From IMG/VR virus record IMGVR_UViG_3300036829_000239, positions 1-55,573 of that record: a stretch of DNA of 55,573 bases. The stretch is one strand, 5' to 3'. Every line of letters begins with the position of its first letter. Positions within the stretch are counted from its first letter, which is position 1. Source of the stretch: a virus (lineage: Duplodnaviria; Caudoviricetes). The position numbers and the translations under genes were made by a program. A model generated the notes under the pieces. That model was given only the letters and a program-made list of their open reading frames with translations. It was not told the origin of the DNA and made no database searches. Of this stretch, positions 46,782-55,573 are shown piece by piece.

Positions 46782-47125
46782 GCGTAGGCGCGCAGTCGAA
46801 CAAGCAGGACATCGACCAGACCCTGACGGACCTGGCGGTGGCGTTCCGCAACCTGTGCCAGCGGTCAGTCAACCTGTCCACCGAGGTCAACGGGCAGGGC
46901 GACGGGCTCACCGTGCTGGTGTCGCTGGGGTACTCCGATACGCCGAACCCGGGCAACCCGGGCGGCCAGTCGGACGCGGCGTGGGCGCTGCAGGCCCTCG
47001 CCTACCTCAACACCGTCGCCGGGGTGTACTACGGGACGGTGCAGCAGGGCGGGCAGAACGGCACCGGCGCGGCCACGTTCGACTTCCACAACGCGCTGTC
47101 GCTGCTGTGGGCCGGGAATACCTAG
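46778..47125 (+). CDS. Hypothetical tail-associated protein
   Basis: GTGA overlap. Confidence 0.65.
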   Translation: MSVGAQSNKQDIDQTLTDLAVAFRNLCQRSVNLSTEVNGQGDGLTVLVSLGYSDTPNPGNPGGQSDAAWALQALAYLNTVAGVYYGTVQQGGQNGTGAATFDFHNALSLLWAGNT

Positions 47126-47634
47126 CCGCCGGCGGCGGCGGCGCGGGTGACGGCGGTGCAGTCGCGGGCCGCGTTGACCTGCTCCACGAACGCGATGAAC
47201 TGCCTGGCCCTGGACAGCGTTTCCGGGTCGGTGGCGCCCTCGCTGAGCACGGCCAGCAGCGCGGCGGCGCCCTGCTTCTGCACGGCCGGGTCACCGGACA
47301 GCACCCTGATGAAGTCCTCCGCCGTTTTGGTCTGCCGGGCGGTGGGCTGCGCGGGCTTGAGCAGCAGCCGGACGAACCCGTCCCAGATGGCGGTCTGCTC
47401 CGACCGGTAGGTGTTGCCCGCCTGGCAGGTCCGGACGGTCACGCCGTGGACGCTCTCGATGTTCTGCCACAGCAGCACGCCGCCGACGGCGAGCAGCACG
47501 AACGCGGAGATCAGCGCCCACACGATGAGCCGGTACCGGCGGACGGCCTTCTCCAGCCGGGTGACCGTGGTGAACGCGCGGCGTGCCAGCAGCGACTCGC
47601 TGTCCTCCTGCGGGTCCCGCCTAGGGCCTGGCAT
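47122..47634 (-). CDS. Single-TM membrane protein (lysis accessory?)
   Basis: LIVWALISAFVLLAVGGVLLW; CQAGN...RDC. Confidence 0.7.
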   Translation of the reverse strand: MPGPRRDPQEDSESLLARRAFTTVTRLEKAVRRYRLIVWALISAFVLLAVGGVLLWQNIESVHGVTVRTCQAGNTYRSEQTAIWDGFVRLLLKPAQPTARQTKTAEDFIRVLSGDPAVQKQGAAALLAVLSEGATDPETLSRARQFIAFVEQVNAARDCTAVTRAAAAGG

Positions 47635-48193
47635 GGCTGTCGCCCCCCTGCATCATGCCGAGGCTGGCCAGCAGGATCGACGCCCACACCCGGTCTCCCT
47701 CCAAGACGGGGAAGCCCGGCTCCCCGCCCTCGGGCAGCCCGGTGATGTACTGCAGGCTGGCGCGGAGTTCGGCCAGCTCGGCTGCCGTCATCGCGGGCCC
47801 GTCGCCGTCCGCGAACGCCGTGAACTTCTCCAGCAGCCGGTCCAGGGCGAGCCGGCCGGGGTGCGGGGCGTGCAGGTTCCGGGCTGCCTCCTTGCCGAGC
47901 ACCGCCCAGAACATGTCGACCTTCGCGCGTGTCTCCGCCATGTCGCGGTCCTGCCGCGACATGTTCTCGGCCAGTTCATGCTGGCTGTCCCCCATCCGCT
48001 TCACCTGGTCGGCGAGCAGCGTCACCTGCGTGGTGAGCGGGTGCAGCGCCTCGCTGATCGCCTGCCGCCGGCCGTCGGTCATGTCCTTCTTCCGGTCGGC
48101 GCGGCCCCCGGCCCGGTAGGCGAGGAACGCGACGACGGTGCCCGTCACGGCGGCCAGCACCCCCATCACGGCGACGGCGTCGCCCACGGTCAC
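47621..48193 (-). CDS. N-terminal TM plus coiled-coil protein (lysis accessory?)
   Basis: GGAGGG RBS; TM then heptad repeats. Confidence 0.7.
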   Translation of the reverse strand: MTVGDAVAVMGVLAAVTGTVVAFLAYRAGGRADRKKDMTDGRRQAISEALHPLTTQVTLLADQVKRMGDSQHELAENMSRQDRDMAETRAKVDMFWAVLGKEAARNLHAPHPGRLALDRLLEKFTAFADGDGPAMTAAELAELRASLQYITGLPEGGEPGFPVLEGDRVWASILLASLGMMQGGDSHARP

Positions 48194-48276
48194 GGGAGTT
48201 TCCCTCCGTCAGCCCCGCGTCACATACTGATACGGTCAGGATAGACCGGACAGCAGTCCGAGAGGCGGAACCGCCC

Positions 48277-49110
48277 GTGACCAGAACCATGTACGACGGC
48301 ATCAACTCGCTTGCCGCCGGGATCCGCGCCCGCTTCCCCGACGCCGCGATGGTCGGCTGCTACATCGACGGCCACTTCGCGTGGACGGCCGAGCAGCGGG
48401 ACCTGTTCCCCCACGCCGTCCGCGTGGCCATCGCCGTGCACTCCTCCACCAACGCGGGCGACGTGATCGACTGCGAGACCGGCGACGCCACCCCCGCCCA
48501 GGCGGCGCAGTGGGTGCGGATGCGGCACGCCGCCGGCTACTGCCGGCCCACCGTGTACTGCTCCCGGTCGGTCATCCCCGCCGTCCGGAAGGCCACCGGC
48601 AACCTCCTCCTCACCCGCGACTATGACATCTGGTGCGCCGACTACACCGGCAGCGCGCACCTGGTCGCCGCCCCCGGCACGCCTGCCGCGGCGTGCGCCG
48701 CGACGCAGTGGGCAAGCACCAGCGGCTGGGACGTGTCGGCCGTCTACGACGACGGCTGGCCGCACCGCGCCGGGCCGCAGGCCCCGCCGCCGGCCGGCTG
48801 GCACTTCTACCCGGTCCGCGGCCTGGCCGTCGCCGGCGCCGGCCCGTCGTCGGTGAAGCTCACCTGGCAGTCCCCTGACGGCCCGCCGGGAGCCGCCGCC
48901 GTCGGCAGGTACCAGGTCACCATCCGGCAGGGCGGCCGGGACCTCCCGACCTACCCCCGGTACGCGGCCAAGACGGCGGTGACGGAGACCGTCCAGTTCG
49001 GCTCCCTGCCCCGCGGCTCGCACCTGGACGCGATGGTCCGGGCGATGGAACACGACGGCAGCCACGCCGGCACCTGGGCCGTCACCGCGTTCACCACCAC
49101 CACCGGTTAG
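48277..49110 (+). CDS. Endolysin (GH25-like catalytic domain plus FN3-like domain)
   Basis: MYD...DCETGD...PTVYCS...WCADY...ATQW...DVS; PVRGL...SSVKLTW...YQV...VRA. Confidence 0.75.
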   Translation: MTRTMYDGINSLAAGIRARFPDAAMVGCYIDGHFAWTAEQRDLFPHAVRVAIAVHSSTNAGDVIDCETGDATPAQAAQWVRMRHAAGYCRPTVYCSRSVIPAVRKATGNLLLTRDYDIWCADYTGSAHLVAAPGTPAAACAATQWASTSGWDVSAVYDDGWPHRAGPQAPPPAGWHFYPVRGLAVAGAGPSSVKLTWQSPDGPPGAAAVGRYQVTIRQGGRDLPTYPRYAAKTAVTETVQFGSLPRGSHLDAMVRAMEHDGSHAGTWAVTAFTTTTG

Positions 49111-49120
49111 GACCCCCCTC

Positions 49121-49444
49121 ATGCTCACCCCCCTCGCCGTGTCCGTCACCAGGACCTGGGCGGCGCTCGCCGCCGGGTTCCTCATCACCTGGGGCGTCAA
49201 CCAGGGCCTCGGCCTGGACACGTCGCTGACCTCGCCTTTGACGGAGGTCCTCACCACCGCGTTCACCGCCGGCTGGTACCTGGCGGTGCGGGTAGCCGAG
49301 CATTACGTCCCGCAGGCCGGCTGGCTGCTGCTCGTCGCCGCGAAACCGGACTACCCGGCGGTCACCGCGGCGAAAACGCCGGCGCACGCCGCCCCCGCAG
49401 CCAGCGTCCCCCGGCAGGGCGGAGAGCCCCCTGTCAACGGCTGA
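49121..49444 (+). CDS. Holin-like membrane protein
   Basis: Two TM segments, WY..VR..E...P..GWLL after lysin. Confidence 0.75.
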   Translation: MLTPLAVSVTRTWAALAAGFLITWGVNQGLGLDTSLTSPLTEVLTTAFTAGWYLAVRVAEHYVPQAGWLLLVAAKPDYPAVTAAKTPAHAAPAASVPRQGGEPPVNG

Positions 49445-49660
49445 CCCTCCCCCCGCGGCGGGGGACACCGGACCGGGGGTTCCGTCCCGCCGGCGGTACC
49501 GGCCCGCCCCGCCCCGGCCGCACCCCGCCCCGTCCCCCGGCCCCCGCCCCGCCGGCCCGCTCTCACCCCCGGCCGTCGCCTCCCCGCCCGCCGCCGGCCC
49601 CCTGAGCACGGCTGATTGCTGTTATCAGCTGTTAAGTCCGTTTTCTCCCCGGGCACGGAA

Positions 49661-49723
49661 CTCCGCCCCGGGGGGTACCGGCTGAGCTACCCGGCCGGGC
49701 TGGCTCATACCCCCGGGGCGGAG
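49661..49723. terminator. Long hairpin between convergent operons
   Basis: CTCCGCCCCGGGGG...CCCCCGGGGCGGAG with inner TGAGC/GCTCA. Confidence 0.65.
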
Positions 49724-49737
49724 CCCCCGCGCCGATC

Positions 49738-49920
49738 CTACGGCGCCGGGACGGAGTGCCGGCCGTCCTCGCTGCCGGGGCAGGACTCCGGGCTGCCGGC
49801 CCCCGCCCGGACGAGGCGCAGCCGGCCCGCCTTGTCCCGGGTGATCAGCTCACCGCACCCGGCGCAGCGCGCCGGGACGGTCCACGGCGGGTTCGCGGTC
49901 CACCGGTCACGCTCGCTCAC
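49738..49920 (-). CDS. Small Cys-containing protein
   Basis: GTGA coupling; CAGC...CP...H. Confidence 0.55.
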   Translation of the reverse strand: MSERDRWTANPPWTVPARCAGCGELITRDKAGRLRLVRAGAGSPESCPGSEDGRHSVPAP

Positions 49921-50192
49921 CGCGGCGGCCCTCCCCCGTGCACCGCCTGCCGGCATGCGGCGATCCCCGCCAGGAACGCCTGCGCCTCCCACGGGCCGGC
50001 CAGGTCGACCTCCCGGCCGCCGGCGAGGGTGACGACATACAGCGGCACCTCCCGGGTACCGGACTCGTCCTCGCGGACCCGCCGCCACTCCCTGATCAGC
50101 CCGGCCTGCCGGTGGCCCGCGAACGCCGCCTCCATGCTGCGGTGGGAGAAGGTCCCGCCGTCGCGGGCCCGGTACTGCACGCTCGCGCTCAC
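49917..50192 (-). CDS. Hypothetical protein
   Basis: Coupled ORF. Confidence 0.6.
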   Translation of the reverse strand: MSASVQYRARDGGTFSHRSMEAAFAGHRQAGLIREWRRVREDESGTREVPLYVVTLAGGREVDLAGPWEAQAFLAGIAACRQAVHGGGPPR

Positions 50193-50575
50193 CCGCCCCG
50201 CGCCTTCCGCTCGGCTGCTTCCACCAGCGCGCGGAACCGCTGCCGCACCGCCGGCTCCGGGCTGTCATCGAAGAACAGCTCGGCCTCGCCGTCACCGTGG
50301 TACTCGCCGTCGGTGAGCCGGAGGAGCATGCGGGCCTCCACGAAGACCGGGTTGGCCATCCTGCCGCCGTCCGGCGCGATCCAAACCTGGTAGTGGGTGT
50401 CGTAGGCGTAGCCGGCTTCCAGCAGCGCCCACCCGGCGAGGCACGCCCGGGTGCCGCAGGTGTGCCGGGTGATGAGCTGCTGGCCCGGGATGCGCCCCTG
50501 CACCCACTGGTCCATGTCGAATGCGGCGTCGTCCTCGATCGCGCCGAGCACCCTGCGTCCCAGTGCCGCGTCCAT
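50189..50575 (-). CDS. Phage hypothetical protein
   Basis: FDMDQW...CGTRACLAGWA motif familiar from actinophage genes. Confidence 0.7.
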   Translation of the reverse strand: MDAALGRRVLGAIEDDAAFDMDQWVQGRIPGQQLITRHTCGTRACLAGWALLEAGYAYDTHYQVWIAPDGGRMANPVFVEARMLLRLTDGEYHGDGEAELFFDDSPEPAVRQRFRALVEAAERKARGG

Positions 50576-50751
50576 CACTCGCCTGCCTCTCTGTCCGGCG
50601 TGAGTTCCGTGCGGCCGAACAGCCAGTCGGTGCCGCCGCCGTCCCACCTCACCAGCGTCTCAGGCGACGCACCCTCCGGCATGACGCGGAGCACGGTGCC
50701 GCGCCGGCCGTAGGCGGCGTCCACCACGCGCTGGCCTTCGCTGACCGTCAT
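50575..50751 (-). CDS. Small SH3/KOW-like protein
   Basis: MTVSEGQRVVDAAYGRRGTV...VRWDGG (translated by hand). Confidence 0.55.
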   Translation of the reverse strand: MTVSEGQRVVDAAYGRRGTVLRVMPEGASPETLVRWDGGGTDWLFGRTELTPDREAGE

Positions 50752-50752
50752 C

Positions 50753-51031
50753 TCAGATTCCCCTCTCCCGTGCCCACAGCCCGTCGTCGCTGGTGACCCC
50801 GATGCCGTGCTCCGCGAGGAACGTCTGCACCGTCTCGTCGGTGACCGCGACCTTGCTGCCGGCGAGCCTGACGGTGAGGTGGTGCAGCGCCGCCCGGTGG
50901 CCGGCGTGGAACGCCTGGGACGCCAGCGTCGCGGAGCTGTCGTAACCCGTCCCGGCGGCGTCGAACTCGTCGGCGATCATCGCGATCTGGATGCCGGACG
51001 GGGCGGCGGGGTCGATGTCGCTTATCGCCAT
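50753..51031 (-). CDS. Hypothetical protein
   Basis: AGGAAG RBS. Confidence 0.6.
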   Translation of the reverse strand: MAISDIDPAAPSGIQIAMIADEFDAAGTGYDSSATLASQAFHAGHRAALHHLTVRLAGSKVAVTDETVQTFLAEHGIGVTSDDGLWARERGI

Positions 51032-51438
51032 GACGGCTTCCTGCTCCGGCGGAGCGCGCCCCTGGCCTCCGCCACGATGTCCCCGACCGTCTGCGGGGTG
51101 GTGGAATGCCGGATCGCGGAGCGCTCCGGGCTGTGCCCGCGCATCAGCACGTCGTCGGCGATCTCGTCCAGCAGGTCCGGCGCCCAGCCCGCCCAGTCCT
51201 CGATCCTGGCGGCCTCGGTGCGGAGCGGCTGCCGGGCCATCCAGTCGGCGAGCTTGTTGACCTCGTACCGCATGCCGGTGCCGGCGGTGACGATCTGCTC
51301 GACGGAGTCCAGCATCCTGTCCGAGGACGCGCTTGTGCCGCGCTCCGGGAGCTGGTGCCGGTCGCGCAGCCGGCGCAGCCGTTCCCGGTCCCCGGCGGAC
51401 GGCTGCCTGCTCGCGCCGTAATGCCGTGTGGTGCTCAT
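51022..51438 (-). CDS. Hypothetical protein
   Basis: First gene after operator copy 6. Confidence 0.6.
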   Translation of the reverse strand: MSTTRHYGASRQPSAGDRERLRRLRDRHQLPERGTSASSDRMLDSVEQIVTAGTGMRYEVNKLADWMARQPLRTEAARIEDWAGWAPDLLDEIADDVLMRGHSPERSAIRHSTTPQTVGDIVAEARGALRRSRKPSWR

Positions 51439-51489
51439 AGTGGGAGGTCCCCTCTCTCTCGCGTTGCCCTCTCACCTCTCACAATACCT

Positions 51490-51501
51490 CACACTTGTGT
51501 A
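51490..51501. promoter_or_regulatory. Operator-like motif copy 6 (CACACTTGTGTA)
   Basis: Adjacent to minus-strand TATTGT -10-like hexamer. Confidence 0.7.
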
Positions 51502-51533
51502 TCCGGCGCGCGATGCGCGGTCCGGGCGGGCGC

Positions 51534-52175
51534 CTAGTTGCTGCTGGTCAGGGTGCGCAGGTACGCCTGTATCTGCTGGGCCTTGGGCTGGCCTACCCGC
51601 ATCTCGTCCCGGATGCGGCGGATACCCGGCACGGACCCTTCCGCCAGGTCGACGGAGAACATCTTCTCTGCCTTCTTACGGTGGCCGTTCAGCCCTGCGA
51701 ACGCGGGTACGGGCTTCCCGGGTACGGGCTCCCCGGATACGGGGTTCTCGGGTACGGGGTTCTCGGGTACGGCGGGTACAGCCGGGCCCCCGGGTACGGG
51801 CCCGGGCTTGCCGGTGCCGGACCGCACCATGCCGATGAATATCTCGCTGGCCAGGATGAACGCGACGGCGGGCCACGCGGACAGCAGCGCGCCGACCGCG
51901 CCGTGCTGGGCTCCGTAGGCGACGTTCGCGGCGACCGTGGCGGCCACGCCGAGTACGAGCCCGGAGCGGCTGAGCCCCGGCCGGGCCCCGGCCATGAGCG
52001 CGAGCGAGCTGGACAGGATGAGCCCGTCCACGCTGAACGGCAGGAGGTCGGCCGTACCCGGGGTGTACCCGTGTGCCAGGGCGAGGGTATGGATGTGCTG
52101 GAAGCTCACGACTGCGGCGATCACGGATACGGCAAGGACAGTGAGCCCGGCCGCCCAGCTATAGATGCGGTTCAA
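51534..52175 (-). CDS. DUF2637 (SpdA-like) membrane protein with C-terminal HTH
   Basis: VSFQH...LLPFSVDGLI...ATVAANV...AWP; PGIRRIRDEMRVGQPKAQ; internal PVPEN repeats. Confidence 0.85.
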   Translation of the reverse strand: MNRIYSWAAGLTVLAVSVIAAVVSFQHIHTLALAHGYTPGTADLLPFSVDGLILSSSLALMAGARPGLSRSGLVLGVAATVAANVAYGAQHGAVGALLSAWPAVAFILASEIFIGMVRSGTGKPGPVPGGPAVPAVPENPVPENPVSGEPVPGKPVPAFAGLNGHRKKAEKMFSVDLAEGSVPGIRRIRDEMRVGQPKAQQIQAYLRTLTSSN

Positions 52176-52216
52176 GGGGGGTTCCTTCGTCGGATGGCAG
52201 TTGACATCCCACCATA

Positions 52217-52228
52217 CCCACTTGTGTA
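52217..52228. promoter_or_regulatory. Operator-like motif copy 7 (CCCACTTGTGTA)
   Basis: Abuts minus-strand TATGGT -10-like hexamer. Confidence 0.65.
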
Positions 52229-52245
52229 CGGAGGTGCTGCCCTGT

Positions 52246-52485
52246 CTACAGCGGCGGCAGGTCCTCGACGGCGCGGGGCGGCGCCGCCGCCGGCGGCAGC
52301 GGCCGGTACTCCGCCCACGGCCCCGGGTAGTCCTCGCCGGCGGACAGCGCCTCGTCCAGCGCGTCGAAGTCCCCGGCGAGCGCGGCGACGTCCTGCTGGC
52401 CGAGGTAGCCGCGCTGCTTCCACTTGGCCACCAGCCCGCGGAGCGCGGCGAGCAGGTCGTCCTGCGACGGCTCGTACCAGCCCAC
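52246..52485 (-). CDS. Hypothetical protein
   Basis: FDALDEALSAG..YP.PW motif. Confidence 0.6.
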   Translation of the reverse strand: MGWYEPSQDDLLAALRGLVAKWKQRGYLGQQDVAALAGDFDALDEALSAGEDYPGPWAEYRPLPPAAAPPRAVEDLPPL

Positions 52486-52486
52486 G

Positions 52487-52678
52487 TCAGTCGTCCCCGG
52501 GCAGGCCGGCGGGTTCGGCGTCGTCCTCGTCGTTCACGAACGCGTCCCCCTCCCGGTCCGGGTCGTAGGGGATGAACCCGGCCTTGTCGAGCGCGGCGGC
52601 CAGCTTGCGGACGGCCTCCTGCCCGCTGCCGGCCTCGATGTCCGCGACGACCGGCACCAGCGTGTTCCACAGCGCCAC
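52487..52678 (-). CDS. Hypothetical protein
   Basis: Tightly packed ORF. Confidence 0.6.
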   Translation of the reverse strand: MALWNTLVPVVADIEAGSGQEAVRKLAAALDKAGFIPYDPDREGDAFVNDEDDAEPAGLPGDD

Positions 52679-52682
52679 CGGG

Positions 52683-53174
52683 TCAGCCCCTGATCATGGG
52701 CAGCGCGGGGCCGGGTTTGCCCAGCCAGAACGCCGCCTGCCGCAGCCGCAGCGCCTCGGCCACCTCCGGGGCCACGCTGCCGGTGACCCGGCTCAGCCCT
52801 GCCAGCGAGCGCGCCCGCAGCGCGCGGATCTTCCGGCCTTCCACCAGCGGCAGGCACTCGTCGCACGCCGCCCACCAGCCGTCGTCGGTGACGTCCAGCG
52901 TGCCCGCGCCGGCCACCTCGATGGTGAGCGCGGCGCGCTCCAGCAGCGGGATCGCCCACGGCGGGTGCCTGGCGTCACAGAAGTCGCACATCAGGATCGC
53001 CGACCCGGACGGCATCACGACCGGCACCGGGTCGTGGCCGGTGCGCCCCGGCCCGGCCAGCGGCGAGTCCAGCGCGCCCGCGTGGCGGAAGACGGTGCCG
53101 GCCGGGCCGCCGATGATGTTGACCTTGAGCCGGCACCTGGCGCATACCAGCTCGCGGCCGTCAGGCTTGCTCAC
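52683..53174 (-). CDS. Cys-rich hypothetical protein
   Basis: CARC, CDFC, WAACDEC. Confidence 0.7.
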   Translation of the reverse strand: MSKPDGRELVCARCRLKVNIIGGPAGTVFRHAGALDSPLAGPGRTGHDPVPVVMPSGSAILMCDFCDARHPPWAIPLLERAALTIEVAGAGTLDVTDDGWWAACDECLPLVEGRKIRALRARSLAGLSRVTGSVAPEVAEALRLRQAAFWLGKPGPALPMIRG

Positions 53175-53515
53175 GGCTCCTCCTCCCCCGGAGGGTCGGT
53201 CATGACGATGCCGCCGATGCGGCCCATGACGCGGAGGAAGTTATTCCGGTGGCCGTGCAGCTCCCAGAACCCGCCGCAGATCGCCGGGCCGGACTCCGGG
53301 TGGTCCCCGTACGGCAGCGTCGAGTGGCAGATGATGCCCTGGCTGCCTTCCCGGAGCGCGTCCTGCGTCATCTGCCGCAGGCGGCCGGGGGACAGGCGCA
53401 TCAGGTTGCCGGGGCGGTAGATGCAGGTGGCGCACTGCGCGTTCAGTACCCGGGCCTTGCGGCTGTGCGGGTCGCAGGCGCTCACCGGCTCACCCGGCAA
53501 CGTCTTTCCATTCAT
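53171..53515 (-). CDS. Cys-rich hypothetical protein
   Basis: CATCIY.PGN...ICH.T...ICGGF. Confidence 0.7.
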   Translation of the reverse strand: MNGKTLPGEPVSACDPHSRKARVLNAQCATCIYRPGNLMRLSPGRLRQMTQDALREGSQGIICHSTLPYGDHPESGPAICGGFWELHGHRNNFLRVMGRIGGIVMTDPPGEEEP

Positions 53516-53930
53516 CGATGCGGGCCAGGATTTCGTTCATCCCGGCCGTGAAGCTCATGCGCATGAGGACGTACTCGTCGGTTCCCGCGGGCTCCATCTC
53601 CGCGACGGCGAGCCATTCGGAGAAGGCTTCGCCTGTCTCCTCCGAGTCGTACCCCACCTGGTACGGCTCGTCCCTCTCGCCTGCCAGCGCGGCCCTGACC
53701 CGGTCGGCCAGCCGGCCGCGTTCCCAGTCCATGCCGTCCGCCACCCGGCACGCGAAGTGCGCGATACGCGGGGAGGAGGCGAGCAGTTCCGCCGCCTTCG
53801 CCTCCACCCGGTGCACCGGCCACCCCGGGTTCAGGATCGCGACCTGCCCGCAGACCGCCGTCAGCGCTTCCTCGCACGCCTCCGGGCCGGCGGCGTGGTC
53901 CCCGCTTTTTTCCGGCTTGCTCTCGCTCAT
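53490..53930 (-). CDS. Hypothetical protein
   Basis: GAGAGGA RBS. Confidence 0.55.
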   Translation of the reverse strand: MSESKPEKSGDHAAGPEACEEALTAVCGQVAILNPGWPVHRVEAKAAELLASSPRIAHFACRVADGMDWERGRLADRVRAALAGERDEPYQVGYDSEETGEAFSEWLAVAEMEPAGTDEYVLMRMSFTAGMNEILARIDEWKDVAG

Positions 53931-53980
53931 GCCCGGGTCCTCTCCCGTTGCCGTGCCCTCTCCCGGCACCAAAATTACCA

Positions 53981-53992
53981 TACACAAGTGGA
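53981..53992. promoter_or_regulatory. Operator-like motif copy 8 (TACACAAGTGGA, opposite orientation)
   Basis: Reverse complement TCCACTTGTGTA; overlaps minus-strand TATGGT. Confidence 0.65.
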
Positions 53993-53999
53993 GGCCCGC

Positions 54000-54236
54000 T
54001 TACCTGCCGGCGCGCTGCCCGCCGGGGGCCGGCGGCCAGTCCGGGTCTGCCTGCTCCGGCGCGACCCAGGCCGCCGCCGGCGGCTGCGGGTCGCTGGCCT
54101 CCACCCAGGCGGTCAGCGCCTCGACTGCCGCCTGCTGCAGCGTCAGCCCCTTCATCGCCGCCGCCGCCTTCACCCGGCGGTGCAGGTCCTCCGGGAACGG
54201 GGCCACCTGCAGCGCCTTCGCCCTCTCCCTAGCCAT
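54000..54236 (-). CDS. Ribbon-helix-helix DNA-binding protein
   Basis: ALQVAPFPEDLHRRVKAAAAMKGLTLQQAAVEALTAW. Confidence 0.75.
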   Translation of the reverse strand: MARERAKALQVAPFPEDLHRRVKAAAAMKGLTLQQAAVEALTAWVEASDPQPPAAAWVAPEQADPDWPPAPGGQRAGR

Positions 54237-54570
54237 CGTCTGTCGCTCCTTCCTGCCACGGGACCATCCGGAGGTCGTCGGTCAGCAGCACGGGGCCGAG
54301 CCGCCAGTGCAGCGCCGGCACCAGCTCCGGCAGCCGGTACCGGGACACGATCCAGCCGCCTGCCTCCGCCTCGCCGCGGTGATGGTGCATCCACCCGTGG
54401 CAGCCCGTCGTGCCGGTGCCGCACGCGGTGATGCGGTTCCGGGGGGCGTCCGGGCCGCCTCCGCTCCGCAGCTGCCGGTGGTGGCAGCTGCGGGGGAAGG
54501 AGTAGACGCTGCGGCCGCATCGGAAGCACTTCTCGTCGTCGCGCCGCAGCACGAGCGCCTCCACCCTCAC
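54229..54570 (-). CDS. HNH endonuclease-like protein
   Basis: RD..KCFRCG...HHRQLRS.GG....N.IT.CGTGTTGCHGW. Confidence 0.85.
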   Translation of the reverse strand: MRVEALVLRRDDEKCFRCGRSVYSFPRSCHHRQLRSGGGPDAPRNRITACGTGTTGCHGWMHHHRGEAEAGGWIVSRYRLPELVPALHWRLGPVLLTDDLRMVPWQEGATDDG

Positions 54571-55573
54571 TAGCCCGCCTGCTGCTCGTGAGAGGAGACC
54601 TGTTCTATCACCTTCCGGGCAAATGCGGTGATCTGCGTCGTGATCGAGCCGAGGCCGGGGTCCTCGAACAGGCCGGCGAGCCAGTCTTCCAGCAGGCCGG
54701 CGGCCTGCACGGCGGCGGCGGGGGTGAGACGGCCGGGGTCCAGGTAGCCGGCGGACGGGCTGCCGCCGTTCATCAGGCCGGTGAGGACCGCGAGCCGGAC
54801 CGGTTCGTCGCTGCCGCCGCCGAAGCCGTACTCCCGGAACGCGGCGCGGATGCGGCCCAGCGCGTCCCGCCTGTCAGCCTGGGTGTACCTCGCGGGCGGC
54901 TCCGCGCCGCGGTCAGGCTCCGGCTCCGCCCCGGCGCGGGGCTGTTCCGGCTCCGCCTCCGGTGCGTGCTCTCCGGGCGGCCCGGGTTCCACCTCCCCGG
55001 CCACCGCGTGCCCCGGCTCGCCGGGTGCCGGGCCGGGGCCGTCGATCTCCTTCCGCTCCGGCGCGTCGGTCACCGCCGGCATGGTGCCGTCCGCTGCCGC
55101 CGCCCGCATCGACGCGGCGAGGTACTCCGCGGAGTGCGGCACCAGGTCGAACAGCCGGTGGATCGCCGTCTTGCGCCACATGTCCGGCGTGTGCGGCCCC
55201 TCGTCCGGCCACCCCGGGCCCCAGAACTTGTCGGTCTTCGCGAAGGACCGGTGCCGGGCGATCTCGGACCGGCCGAGGACGGCCGGCTGGGAGTAGCCGC
55301 CGCCGGCCATCGCCGCGTACGCGTACACGCCGGTGAGCGGCCCCCGGTCGTCGGTCCCGGCGAGGCCCTCCTGCCCGAATTCGTTGGCGTGGATGACGTG
55401 GTGGGGGAGGTCCATCTGTCCCGGGCGCCAGATGAACGTGTCGTTCGCGCGCACCGTGTGGCAGTGCACGGCGGTGACGCCGCCGGCCCGGTAGATCTGG
55501 TCGACCTCGCCCTTCCAGCTCACGATGCCGGTGACCTCGTAGATCTTGTCCCGGGAGTTGAAGAACGCGACGA
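54570..55573 (-). CDS. recT: RecT-family ssDNA annealing protein (5' end beyond window)
   Basis: IVSWKG...YRAG...V.AND.F...GVYAYA...MWRKTAIHRL. Confidence 0.88.
   Translation of the reverse strand, partial: VAFFNSRDKIYEVTGIVSWKGEVDQIYRAGGVTAVHCHTVRANDTFIWRPGQMDLPHHVIHANEFGQEGLAGTDDRGPLTGVYAYAAMAGGGYSQPAVLGRSEIARHRSFAKTDKFWGPGWPDEGPHTPDMWRKTAIHRLFDLVPHSAEYLAASMRAAAADGTMPAVTDAPERKEIDGPGPAPGEPGHAVAGEVEPGPPGEHAPEAEPEQPRAGAEPEPDRGAEPPARYTQADRRDALGRIRAAFREYGFGGGSDEPVRLAVLTGLMNGGSPSAGYLDPGRLTPAAAVQAAGLLEDWLAGLFEDPGLGSITTQITAFARKVIEQVSSHEQQAG

Noticed and set aside
51700-51800. 15-bp tandem repeats (GGGTACGGGGTTCTC-like)
   Set aside because: Encode a Pro-rich linker in the DUF2637 protein

Overview
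The whole window is DNA of a very GC-rich actinobacterial siphovirus-type phage or prophage; no host genes and no integrase are visible. Order: (1) 1-1.8 kb, leftward early cassettes including an Ltp-type lipoprotein cut by the window edge; (2) 2.3-17.4 kb, rightward replication/regulation block with an HTH replication initiator, DUF932, a complete 7-deazaguanine DNA-modification cluster (ParB-like, dpdA, queC, queD, queE, folE with a LAGLIDADG intein), an Lsr2 variant and a terS-like gene; (3) 17.8-47 kb, virion genes: fibre-like genes upstream of terL, a degenerate tRNA-fMet, terL, antisense HNH, portal-MuF fusion with a frame break, multidomain protease/scaffold, two cement paralogs, capsid and tail; (4) 47-49.4 kb lysis genes; (5) 49.7-55.6 kb leftward genes ending in RHH, HNH and a truncated RecT. 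The strongest unexplained signals are non-coding: an 8-copy near-palindromic operator (TACACTTGTGTA), a ~110-bp element present twice in inverted orientation upstream of the two outward operons, two putative small antisense RNAs at the rep gene, and a structured RNA next to the tRNA. All calls are by eye from motifs and synteny; no searches were run.
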